A DNA stretch of 32,000 bases from Amoeboradix gromovi X-113 (Eukaryota > Fungi > Sanchytriomycota). The stretch's first letter is position 1; the number at the start of each line of letters is the position of its first letter. The notes beneath the pieces are model-generated. The model searched no databases. It saw only the letters and a program-made list of their open reading frames with translations, and was not told where the DNA came from. The position numbers and the translations under genes are program-made. This document shows, one piece after another, positions 10,931 through 20,355 of this stretch. The DNA is taken from contig JADGIF010000019.1 in assembly GCA_018985225.1 (NCBI GenBank), positions 7,103 to 39,102 on the forward strand, read 5' to 3'.

Positions 10931-10977
10931 GAAGTAGAATGCAGAATTAAGAAAACCCTTCAACCTACGTTCAAGTT
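10931..10977 (+). repeat. 47-bp diverged copy of the start region of the 716-aa gene (15116-15162)
   Basis: 40/47 identical without gaps. Confidence 0.85.
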
Positions 10978-11486
10978 CTATCAATTTACACAAGTGTGAA
11001 CTGGGTTCTGTGACTGCTTCTTGTACATTTTTCCATATAAACTATGCTTCTTCACTATATTCCTCATAAATACCAGGCATATTGGTGATTTGCAACAATA
11101 ATTTAAAATAGGTGGCAACAATGGAGTTGTTGATATTCTTGACTAAATAGTCTGTCATGTCTTCACCAATGCAATAGCTTTAAATATGCAGTCAATTCAT
11201 AACTCTGATTACGCACAATACTGATAATTTGCTGATTATAAATGATGGGCAACAATAAATCGCAAATTGAATTCTCAATCGAGTACATAGAACTAATCAT
11301 ACCTCACAATGCTTTTCTCACCTCTTCTATCAATAAATTGTTACCTACTAATTGTAATAATATTTGGTACATCGAGGCAATCACGCTGTAAAACACTGTA
11401 CTGCTTCAACTGTAGATTGTAGATTTATTAAACATAGTTGTATTAAATGGCATTATTTTGCATTAGATAAATAAAAGTGGCTAAAA

Positions 11487-13514
11487 TTACAGAGAATTTT
11501 GTTTATTAATAAACATGCGCGTCAAACCGATTACCGAAAATCCAGTCCATATGCAAATGCACGCAGAAAGCGATGTTTCATATATCAGTACGATGATCCA
11601 GTGAATACAACATGGTGCAAGGTAATATAAAATATCGTAAACAAATTCTTCCGAATCAATATATTCGTCAAACCTGTACTCTTCCATTAACTTAGCCATG
11701 AACTCGACTGATTCCACAGCTGCACAACCAAATCGCAAATCGTTCCGCACATCGTTGATCAATTCATAATTCCTGTCCGTTATTGGCTTGTTCTTTATTT
11801 CTTGCAATGCAGATTTCATCCTCAATTCCAATTCTGTGGGCAGCTGTTCAATATCAGATAGCATCTTATTGATTTCCATAATTTTATAATCAAGATCCCA
11901 TCGAGTTGATAATACTTCGAATCCGTATGACACACGACATTTTTTGTACAAGAACCGATTGACTTCCCGTTTGATCCATTTGTACAATAAATCCTTATTA
12001 TCAATGGGATCCGGTCGAAAAATTGGAAAATCACCAATATCATCCTTATTCAATTCTCTACGTTTTAAATAAGTTTCATATGCCAATGTAAACAAAGAAT
12101 TAAAAGCCCTACCTTCGTCATCAACATTGAAAGGACCAGAAGCACATATTGTCAGCCCACAATACAACTCATCAGGCCCATTTGTACATACCATATTTAA
12201 ACGTTTCATTGTAGAAGTAACAAGCCAAAACAAATCGATATAATCAAACGGTGAAACATGAGATAGACTATATTTGATAATACTACGAAAATCCAATAAT
12301 GAGATGTCATAATGGTATGCATTGGGCATTTTCTTCATATCAGATTCATAGACATAAACAGGATCATGGACCAGCTTTCTTAATTTGTGATTTCCTTCAA
12401 TGTTCTTTTGTATTCCATTGTCGATAAATTTTTGGATATCCCCTTTACAAAACTCTTTATAATAGTTGTCAACCACTTGTGAATCATATGACTTGTCTAG
12501 AATATCACTGTTGACATGCCATGTAGGGCTGGCTGCATGGCTTTCTAAATGGCACCATCCACGAGTCCGATAGTCATCATTCATTTGACGAAGGCACAAC
12601 GTGATTGATGCACTATTGATAAAAGATGGAAAATATTGAAATAATGTTTCAAATTCCACCTTCTGTGATGGAGTTCTTCTATCAATACCATCTTCATCTC
12701 TCTGTGGCAAGCACATGTAATCATACCAAATGCCAATTGAACTTAGCATGCAAGTGTAACCGTCTTTGATATTATTATGATAAGCGTGATCTTCAAAAAA
12801 TCGTTCAACTTGATGTCTTAAATGAAGATGAATCTTGTCATATTGTTTGTTGCTATAATCATCAATGGCTTGTAAAACTGTTCTAATGACTTTCAATTGT
12901 CTTGATTCTGGATCAGGATGAACTGACACCCCTGGTTTGATTTTCGGAGCTTCCCATCTGTGTGAAATGAAGAAAACATAGAGTGAGGGACATTGTTCAC
13001 CCACATTAGGCTTCTTAAAGAACCAATTTGGATGATCCTCAATGATATCTTGATATTTCTTTATTTTATAGCCTGGGGTGGCTGTATCATTGAGGAATTC
13101 TCTGGCAGAAATAATATTTGAGATGTCCAGTATATCTCTAATAGTCAAACTAACGGAAATAGGCAACGGGTGTAGATAAAAGGTAATAGTGGAGCGCATC
13201 TCTTGAATATAATCCCAAAACCCATTTGTTGTTCTTACAAGACAACGTACACAGCAGGCCACCATTGCAGATTCATCATTCTTTTCACATTTTAAAAAAG
13301 CAAGGATTAAAGGCTTATCCACTAGAATGTAGTCTCTTGGGTAAAACAATGGCACTTTGCTAACATATTGAGATTCCTGATGCTGGTAGAAAACATAGCG
13401 AAGTGTGGAGAATAGTCTGTGGGTAGGGACGTGTTGGATCTTTTCAATAATGTTATGCGATTGAAATTCCATCTCTAAGTAACAATAATAGCATCTAGAC
13501 AATTCGCTTGGCAT
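11487..13514 (-). CDS. HET (heterokaryon incompatibility)-domain-like protein with a hydrophobic C-terminus; transposon cargo
   Basis: Intact 675-aa ORF with HET blocks FFISHRW, HPD, IWYDYMCLPQ and YRTRGWCHLE. The start codon is uncertain. Confidence 0.8.
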   Translation of the reverse strand: MPSELSRCYYCYLEMEFQSHNIIEKIQHVPTHRLFSTLRYVFYQHQESQYVSKVPLFYPRDYILVDKPLILAFLKCEKNDESAMVACCVRCLVRTTNGFWDYIQEMRSTITFYLHPLPISVSLTIRDILDISNIISAREFLNDTATPGYKIKKYQDIIEDHPNWFFKKPNVGEQCPSLYVFFISHRWEAPKIKPGVSVHPDPESRQLKVIRTVLQAIDDYSNKQYDKIHLHLRHQVERFFEDHAYHNNIKDGYTCMLSSIGIWYDYMCLPQRDEDGIDRRTPSQKVEFETLFQYFPSFINSASITLCLRQMNDDYRTRGWCHLESHAASPTWHVNSDILDKSYDSQVVDNYYKEFCKGDIQKFIDNGIQKNIEGNHKLRKLVHDPVYVYESDMKKMPNAYHYDISLLDFRSIIKYSLSHVSPFDYIDLFWLVTSTMKRLNMVCTNGPDELYCGLTICASGPFNVDDEGRAFNSLFTLAYETYLKRRELNKDDIGDFPIFRPDPIDNKDLLYKWIKREVNRFLYKKCRVSYGFEVLSTRWDLDYKIMEINKMLSDIEQLPTELELRMKSALQEIKNKPITDRNYELINDVRNDLRFGCAAVESVEFMAKLMEEYRFDEYIDSEEFVYDILYYLAPCCIHWIIVLIYETSLSACICIWTGFSVIGLTRMFINKQNSL

Positions 13515-13689
13515 TGTTTTACCCTTTCATTCACGCCATATCCATGCGTCATTAAATTACAAGAATTGAAACAACTATTCTCCTTGTCAAACACAAGTAC
13601 AAGTTTAATGATTTCAAAAGCCGTACATGGCAAGCAGCTAATTTGGAGTCTTTCCAAGTCTGCTATACGGTATAACGTCAATTCATTTA

Positions 13690-14844
13690 TTAAAATTCTG
13701 GTCTTAATTTTGCCATTTCAACCTTCTTGACAACTGTCAAATAAGTCTCCAAAAAGTCATACACCTTTGGTTTCGCACTTGAATGCCATTTCTCCTCTGG
13801 CATCCCCATTTCCCAGTTGTAGTAATCCAATGGTTTACAAATCTGAATAAATGTAATCATTCTTCCTTTTCCAGGGAAATCAACATCAGAACACATTTCA
13901 TATGCCAAATTACCAACTCTGAATAAAATCATATATCTCTGAAATACATATGACCATTTTCTTCTATAATCATCAATTTGAATCGCTTCCTCATCTCCAC
14001 TCTTCATTGATACCGCCCAATCTTTGTATGCTTTATAGTCATCATGAGGCCCTGATTTACTGAATGCATTTCTTATTGTTCTGATGCACTTGGACATTTC
14101 TGAGGATCCATATTGTTGCATCATATTTGCAAGTTCAATGGCCAATGTAAGTTTAGCATCATTTGACAGTGAACTAGACAGCGTGTCAGATGGTGGTAAT
14201 TTATTGTCATTAAAAGGGAAATCATACTGCTCAACTGCTAATTTAAAACAAGTGCAAGTGACTTGGTTATCAATACACAGCAATCTTTTGATAATTGGTA
14301 GCAACTGGGCTTCAAAAGTCAACTTGTATGCATCAGAAAGTGTCAACCAATCTACTGCAACCCTATTGGCAGTCTTTGTATGCAAATTCATCCAAAAGTC
14401 AAATGCCAATGGATGTGTAGCCTTAAATGCATCATCCAATATGTTTGCTTCTGGGTTCACAGCAGGTAACTGAGAGAGCTGATTTGTTGTCAAGACGGCA
14501 TTCTTGATGGATTCCAATTTGGAAATGTTATTGGAGACCATTTTACGATAATCTCCAGAATTGAAAATCTTCCATTTTAAATAACCAAGAGAACTGTGGA
14601 GTTCTTTCATTTCCTTTCTTTTTGCTAAAATAGTTTCCAAATTAACAGCAACTTGATCAATAAAGTCAAACAACGGTTTAAATTGAATATCCTTTCTATT
14701 TGCATCCAATATTGCAAGATTGTCTAAATTATTCTTTAAATCCACAACTTCTGGTACGACTTCCTTGACATCTTCTGCTAGTTTTACAATACACTGTATT
14801 GCATATATAATTGTATCTTTTGGAATTTTACTGAGTTGGTCCAT
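13690..14844 (-). CDS. Uncharacterised 384-aa protein: N-terminal helical bundle (MLKL/RPW8-like?), Cbl-type EF-hand-like middle, DUF4760-like C-terminus; transposon cargo
   Basis: Intact ORF, supported as a gene by a pseudogenised paralog at 17.4-18.0 kb. Motifs AFDFW...VDW..L and YGSSEM...IDDYRRKWSYVF. Domain names are tentative. Confidence 0.6.
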   Translation of the reverse strand: MDQLSKIPKDTIIYAIQCIVKLAEDVKEVVPEVVDLKNNLDNLAILDANRKDIQFKPLFDFIDQVAVNLETILAKRKEMKELHSSLGYLKWKIFNSGDYRKMVSNNISKLESIKNAVLTTNQLSQLPAVNPEANILDDAFKATHPLAFDFWMNLHTKTANRVAVDWLTLSDAYKLTFEAQLLPIIKRLLCIDNQVTCTCFKLAVEQYDFPFNDNKLPPSDTLSSSLSNDAKLTLAIELANMMQQYGSSEMSKCIRTIRNAFSKSGPHDDYKAYKDWAVSMKSGDEEAIQIDDYRRKWSYVFQRYMILFRVGNLAYEMCSDVDFPGKGRMITFIQICKPLDYYNWEMGMPEEKWHSSAKPKVYDFLETYLTVVKKVEMAKLRPEF

Positions 14845-15123
14845 TGTGCAAGTGTGTTTTGACTACAACCCCGAGAGGAATTCTGCACACGGTAGTAGAT
14901 AACAATACTGGAAAAATTAATTGTTTACTGTTTGAATTTTCATAATGGAACCAAGGCTCTGTGAAGATTTTATATTGTTTCCCTTGAGCATGATACACAG
15001 GTACGTTGATATTTGTTTCGAAAAAAATACGCCACGAAAGGCTTGATCAGACAAATCAAAAAAAAGCGACGTATAAATACATTTTGACCATAAATAAAGA
15101 GCACTTTGGGCGTCTGAAGTAGA

Positions 15124-17274
15124 ATGCAGAACCAAGAAGAACCCCCAACCTACGCTCAAGTTAGAGAATCAATATTTTTGGAAGCAACAACTTTAGACAT
15201 GGTTGAATATAGTGAAAATGAAGACTATATGCATTATTTTTTTGTCAAAGACTCTGCTTATGATGGTTTATTATTGAAGCACTGTATCTTGAACGGTGTG
15301 TATATATTACAGAACAGAAAACAACTGATGTATCATGCCAATCATAAACCCTATAAAGTGGAGTCTGGTGTTTGGGATCCATTGCTTATCGATCCACATC
15401 TATTAAAACCACAGTTTGTAGAGTTGAATGACGATGAGCCCGATAAAAATCTTAAACTGGGATTTAAACACTTTGCTTCCTCGCAGAAACGCCCTTCTTC
15501 AGATCAGGGGAGTAATCGAAGGTTTAAATCCACCATTGAAGTTAAAAATAGATATAATGTGTTGCTTTCGTTTTTCACAAGAAGTGCTACTGTTGTTTGC
15601 ATTTTGTTTTTGGCGTTAGGATTAGACATTTCATTTAGAGGATCTGGATTAGTAAATGCTTGGTATATGGAGTTGGCAAACATTCAAGTTTATTCCTGTT
15701 TTGCTGCCCACTTTTCTCTCTATTTGATGCTTCGTTGGATTAAAGAACTACTTGTCTTGTATGAAAGTCACTGGCTCTTGTCTTTTTTTGTGTCATTTGA
15801 AAGACCTTGTTATTATCTAAGAATTGATTTCTCGTATTCGTCTTTCTTGTTGTACCATATCGATTTTATGATTGGAATTACAACTTTGCAAAAGGTTTGT
15901 CAAGATCCGCCAAAAAATTCATTCTCTTTGGTTTGGAGCACTGCCTTGGCAATTGGTATATTATTAGCCAATTCTTTAGATTGGATAAAGAAGATCCCCC
16001 TAGCAAATCAATTGCTAACATTTTTGGATACATCTGATGTATTTATTGCAGGATATGGCAACTACAGACCAATTTATAGTGCAGTATTCCAAAATATTGT
16101 CGATAGTGTCAATTTAAAAGAAAAGAAATCAGAGGAGGTTGATGAGTATATTTACAGAACTTGTAAAAGCTTGCGTAATGAAATGAAATTGACCGAATCA
16201 AGACCATTATTTGTGTCTGTGCCAGAGTTTTACTACAACTACGTCGTAAATGCTATTGCTATTGTTCCTTGTGTCTCCAATATGGACCGGGCTGTTCATC
16301 AAGTTCTTGCACATGATCTCTTATCCTTTACAATGTACAATGTGTTGTCAGAAATTGAAAAGGTTAAAGCACCTGCTGATTCTGAACCACCAATTCCCAG
16401 TAGAATTGCAAATGACTTTTGGAAATATTCCCAGTGCGGAAGGCCTTCTATTCAAAGGCGTGTTGTACCAACTGTTGGTTTGAACTGGATAAATGAAATC
16501 GCATCTATTTTTATGGTTCTTGTTGGGTTTGTTTGCTGGATATTCTATTCCATAATAGTGACTTTGACGAATTTCTTCACAACAGAAAAGGTGTCTCCCA
16601 TTGAATATCTAAACTATTTTTCAAAGAAGATTATGTGCATACCACTTTTAAATTATGGAGATTTGACAAGAGGTTTGCTATTTGCAATGTGGCAGCCAAT
16701 TGATCAAATATCGGAGGATTCTTTGGAAGTTGTCATTCGAATTATTATTCAGCACCAATATCCAAAATTTGAAAGCAATATTGGATTAAGACTACCCAAA
16801 GTGGTGCTTATACCCGGTGTTGTTTGCTGCATGGTTGCCTCAATTCTTGAAGGGATTTGGTTTGGAATCTTTGGAATGTTTAATGGAAACAAACATTGGA
16901 AAAGGAATATTTCATGGCATAGTTTATACAAATCATATACCGGATGGAAACCTATTTTATCACGGAATAATAGAATAAATGAGTTGCTGGGAGAAGGGTT
17001 ACTAGTTACTGCGATTGTTTTGACACACAATGAGAACGCCAAATTTGATATCTGTCAAAATTGTATACGCTTTAACCAAACTGCACTGAACCAAAATATC
17101 ATCAATTGGCGACTCGAGTTAAAGGTAGACTTTGAAATTGAAGCGCAAAATAATATCCCTAATAATGTGGCTGGGAACGAAGAAAATCGCCCATTGATTC
17201 AAAATAATGAAAATATTGTTGCCGTGTCCGAAGATGGAATCGAGTTGAGAATAATAAGTGACCATTTAAAGTAG
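15124..17274 (+). CDS. Uncharacterised multi-pass membrane protein (716 aa); transposon cargo
   Basis: Intact long ORF with several hydrophobic segments (ATVVCILFLALGL, IFMVLVGFVCWIFYSIIV, VVLIPGVVCCMVASIL). AATAAA follows the stop. Confidence 0.75.
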   Translation: MQNQEEPPTYAQVRESIFLEATTLDMVEYSENEDYMHYFFVKDSAYDGLLLKHCILNGVYILQNRKQLMYHANHKPYKVESGVWDPLLIDPHLLKPQFVELNDDEPDKNLKLGFKHFASSQKRPSSDQGSNRRFKSTIEVKNRYNVLLSFFTRSATVVCILFLALGLDISFRGSGLVNAWYMELANIQVYSCFAAHFSLYLMLRWIKELLVLYESHWLLSFFVSFERPCYYLRIDFSYSSFLLYHIDFMIGITTLQKVCQDPPKNSFSLVWSTALAIGILLANSLDWIKKIPLANQLLTFLDTSDVFIAGYGNYRPIYSAVFQNIVDSVNLKEKKSEEVDEYIYRTCKSLRNEMKLTESRPLFVSVPEFYYNYVVNAIAIVPCVSNMDRAVHQVLAHDLLSFTMYNVLSEIEKVKAPADSEPPIPSRIANDFWKYSQCGRPSIQRRVVPTVGLNWINEIASIFMVLVGFVCWIFYSIIVTLTNFFTTEKVSPIEYLNYFSKKIMCIPLLNYGDLTRGLLFAMWQPIDQISEDSLEVVIRIIIQHQYPKFESNIGLRLPKVVLIPGVVCCMVASILEGIWFGIFGMFNGNKHWKRNISWHSLYKSYTGWKPILSRNNRINELLGEGLLVTAIVLTHNENAKFDICQNCIRFNQTALNQNIINWRLELKVDFEIEAQNNIPNNVAGNEENRPLIQNNENIVAVSEDGIELRIISDHLK

Positions 17275-17400
17275 AAGTCCCTCAACACCGATGAATAAAC
17301 AAATTATTATAACTTCTTTTAATATCTTAAATAGCATGCAAGAGATAAATAAGACTTAGTTTCAGTAACAAAATTAAACGTAGAGTCCAACAACAAATAA

Positions 17401-17979
17401 ACAGTGGACTGGCATGACTTATAACTAAGGAATTCAAAATAAATGGCAATCTAGAAGACATCTTTGAGCGTCCTCTTTGTATAATGATGTATGTCGTTTC
17501 TTGTGCCACTTTTGAATCGACTGTACAGCAATTTGGAATTAACTGCCAACAAGTGATTTAATGGCGAGTACATTTTCAAGAGACGGACAATTGAGATTGC
17601 GAATTTGATTGCTACACGAGAAGTTTTTCCAATCGTATATACTTCTACAAGCAGTATTTTTTACAAATCGTAATTTGATTAGTACGTAAATTCAAGAAAT
17701 CCAATTTTATTGTTGATGCATACGCGTGTTGGTCACACGCATCTAAAAACAGTGATCCATTGGCAATTTAATTGGATGACAACGTAAAACTTAATTTCCG
17801 TCTTTCATATATTCGTGGCGATGCCAAGGACAAAATGGCAATTAATTGAGTGATTGATAGAAGCGCAAGGAATGGATAACGAGTGTAAAACCTACAGTAT
17901 ATGCTTCCTTGGAAAGTGGAAAGATATTTACCAATGATCAAGGCAAGTGAATAAAGATGACTTGGTTCCAGAATTTTAA
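17401..17979 (+). pseudogene. Pseudogenised, inverted paralog of the 384-aa gene
   Basis: Collinear blocks across frames: TVDWHDL/AVDWLTL; VSCATFESTVQQF/VTCTCFKLAVEQY; LPTSDLMASTFS/LPPSDTLSSSLS; IEIANL/IELANM; AYACW...DPLAI*LDD/AYKDW...DEEAIQIDD; WITSVKPTVY/WHSSAKPKVY; shared PEF* ending. Confidence 0.85.
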
Positions 17980-18002
17980 ATAAATTATATTTTCATACAT
18001 AT

Positions 18003-19903
18003 GGGACATCAAATACAAAAACTAGACTAAGTCGAAAACTTTCGAAATTGGAAAATAGTATTTATAAAATCTCTAATAAATCATCTTTTCAAAAATTCTA
18101 ATATTGAAGCTTTCTGACTATCGCCTATTGAGATATTCGAATCTGAGATTAATATTGAAAATCAATGTAAAAGTAGACAACATTTCGGACCAATCAAAGA
18201 GATTGATATGACTAAGAGCTTGATGTTCTTATAGAAATGAACAAAATACTAATAAGTGGTTACTACAAAGGAACTAAACTTGAAGATTCATCTAAATTCA
18301 GCGAAAATAAAACTATAACTGGGTGACTATATTCTTATCAGGGTTGTCCCTAAATTCCGACACGTTCAGGGAATATAAAATGTTAAAGGGGAATCTTTAA
18401 AACACTGAATGTCAAGTAACGAAGACATCAATAGATTGTTGGAAACGACGCTTGGTGGGCTGGAAACGAAGCTTGATAACACGGCAACCAAGGACGATAT
18501 AAGCTTTATCACAGAGGCAAACTTGAAAGATTTGGCAACCAAGGATGACATTAAGAAATGGGTGTTAAGATTTGCAAGAATTTAGAGACTTTGAACAACA
18601 ACATGGTAGTGATATGCGAATCTATTACAGGTCGTTTACGTGGGCTTGGACAATGTACGGTTTCTTTTTAGAGTTTGCCATTGAAAACAAGATGAAGTCG
18701 GATTATGGAGATACTTATGTCAAGGGATTCTCAATAACAAATATTGATGGGATTTTGCAGCTGCACACCAGAAGCAACCGATAATCCACTTCAAGCCATT
18801 ACATTGAGATGGAAGATCATGCTATGAAACTGATAGAAATATTAGACGACAGTGAATTGGTTAAATGTGCACACGGTTTGTCAAGGGAGCTCAAGTATTT
18901 AAATTATGCAACCAAGTATTTGAACGAATTACTAAGTATGTATGATTTAGAGGGTAAGGACGACAAGAAGATTGTTGAAATGATTATTGGGAGATGTAAG
19001 TTGATTAGAGGTCGCCTGTGTGGCATATTTTTAGTGTCTTTAACTGCAGCAGTGTTTATGTACAAACAGGACACTAAAGAAATGAAATGTATTACCAATT
19101 TCCGGAGGTTTGTATCGGAATTGGGTTAAAGTGACTTGAAGAATTGCATTAATGAATATGAAATTATTTTCCAGGCTAAATATGAAATTGACCATCGTGG
19201 CTATGTTAGATATGATGCGTCCGCAAAGACTCTGAAAATTGAAATTTTGTGAAACCAAATCCCAATTAAATGAGTCCTTATACAGCGAACAGACACTAAA
19301 GAGAATGGATTCAACACGATCAGAATTGGTTGGAGAATTAGAGGCAAATTATGTTGAACAAATTCGTGTGGATTATAAAAAGAAGAAATATCTGAAGAAG
19401 GCAATTACGCAGTCTGCTAGAAATTTACTAGTTTATTTTATGGGAATATATCTTTTTATTGATGTGGAAAAGTCGAATTAAATGGAAGAATATTAACATT
19501 TCAATCAGAGGAGAAGAAGACAACACTTGATATCGATACAAAGGGTGTATTAAAAGAATTGAAAATTCCAGAGGCTCTACTATCTCAGATTTCTTTTACT
19601 GCATATCAACAAAAATAAATAAATTTCAAGTTACTTGTTTCACACTCAAGAAACGAGTCTTATTGGTTACCCAGAGACCGAATCACAATTAGTCTTGAGT
19701 TTATTGGTTCTCTATAAATCACAACAAGATGTAAATTAATAAGATATCACTTCATTTTTATATTAGTTACATAAAATTGTGATATTTGATTGGTTAGGTA
19801 TAGTTGGTCTAGTTTTTATATTTGAATTGCAATGTTATTTTCAAATTGAAATATCTCAAAATGTAATTTTTTGACTTAGTCTAGTTTTTATATTTGGTGT
19901 TCC
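18003..19903. mobile_element. Internal 1.9-kb TIR sub-element (second left end sharing the outer right end)
   Basis: 18003-18033 matches the 9826 TIR at 30/31, and similarity extends about 85 bp. The left flank is ATAT, which differs from the right-flank ATTT at two positions. Confidence 0.75.
18409..19618 (+). pseudogene. Coiled-coil (ATKDD repeats) plus PD-(D/E)xK nuclease-like pseudogene
   Basis: MSSNEDINRLLE...ATKDDI...ATKDDI start. Fragments at 18572, 18809 and 19239 are linked by stops and frameshifts. Motif EIDHRG...IEI/CETKS. Confidence 0.6.
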
Positions 19904-19907
19904 ATTT

Positions 19908-20046
19908 ACTAGTCAGACATGTACAAGGTGTGGTACTTTAAAAAACCAACTTAGAAACATGCAATCGTACCAACTACCATTTGGAAATAGATAGAGATCG
20001 CATGGCAGCAAGGAACATATACATCAAGTATCTGCATCCTTATTGA
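19908..20046 (+). pseudogene. Fanzor2/TnpB-like relic, 3' part (Zn ribbon plus RuvC-III)
   Basis: TSQTCTRCGTL, a one-base frameshift, then KTNLETCNRTNYHLEIDRDRMAARNIYIKYLHPY*. Confidence 0.9.
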
Positions 20047-20355
20047 ATCCCGCAGCCCCTGAGTGTTCTTGCTTTACAAATCCCATAAAAGCATTTTAAT
20101 GAATACGTTCAACTTAATTTTAAAGTAATTTTTGACAAGGAATCCGTTTAGGACTAGCAGAATTGAATGTTTGTTAAAGTGGTTATCTAACAAGTAGTTG
20201 GTTCTAGGAAAATGTGCGCTAATCTAAAAAAGTGATAAAATATGGAATAAAATTAGCAGTTTTCTACATACTGTATAACCGTATAACGTGAGCAGATTGA
20301 GACAAAATATTTATTTTTGCAATTGTCGGGGTCTAATTTCATTACAACTCAATCT

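Larger units (their letters stand above)
9826..19903. mobile_element. 10,078-bp non-autonomous cargo-carrying TIR DNA transposon (Sola2-like hallmarks)
   Basis: 31-bp TIRs at 9826-9856 and 19873-19903 match at 29/31. ATTT duplication at 9822-9825 and 19904-19907. Subterminal inverted similarity between about 9928-9991 and 19787-19851. The flanks rejoin into one TnpB reading frame. No transposase is visible, so the superfamily is inferred from the GGG termini and 4-bp TSD only. Confidence 0.9.

Noticed and set aside
17724-17740. GCGTGT/ACACGC hairpin as a Helitron 3' end or terminator
   Set aside because: It lies within pseudogene coding sequence (AYACWSHA) and lacks a properly spaced CTRR terminus.
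18409-19618. Alternative genetic code (stop reassignment) explaining the interrupted ORFs
   Set aside because: TAA, TAG and TGA all terminate conserved genes here, and the broken ORFs also contain frameshifts.
9826-19903. Starship, Helitron or Polinton identity for the 10-kb element
   Set aside because: No tyrosine-recombinase captain, Rep/helicase, polymerase or capsid genes are visible. Symmetric TIRs with a 4-bp TSD point to a DDE cut-and-paste element.
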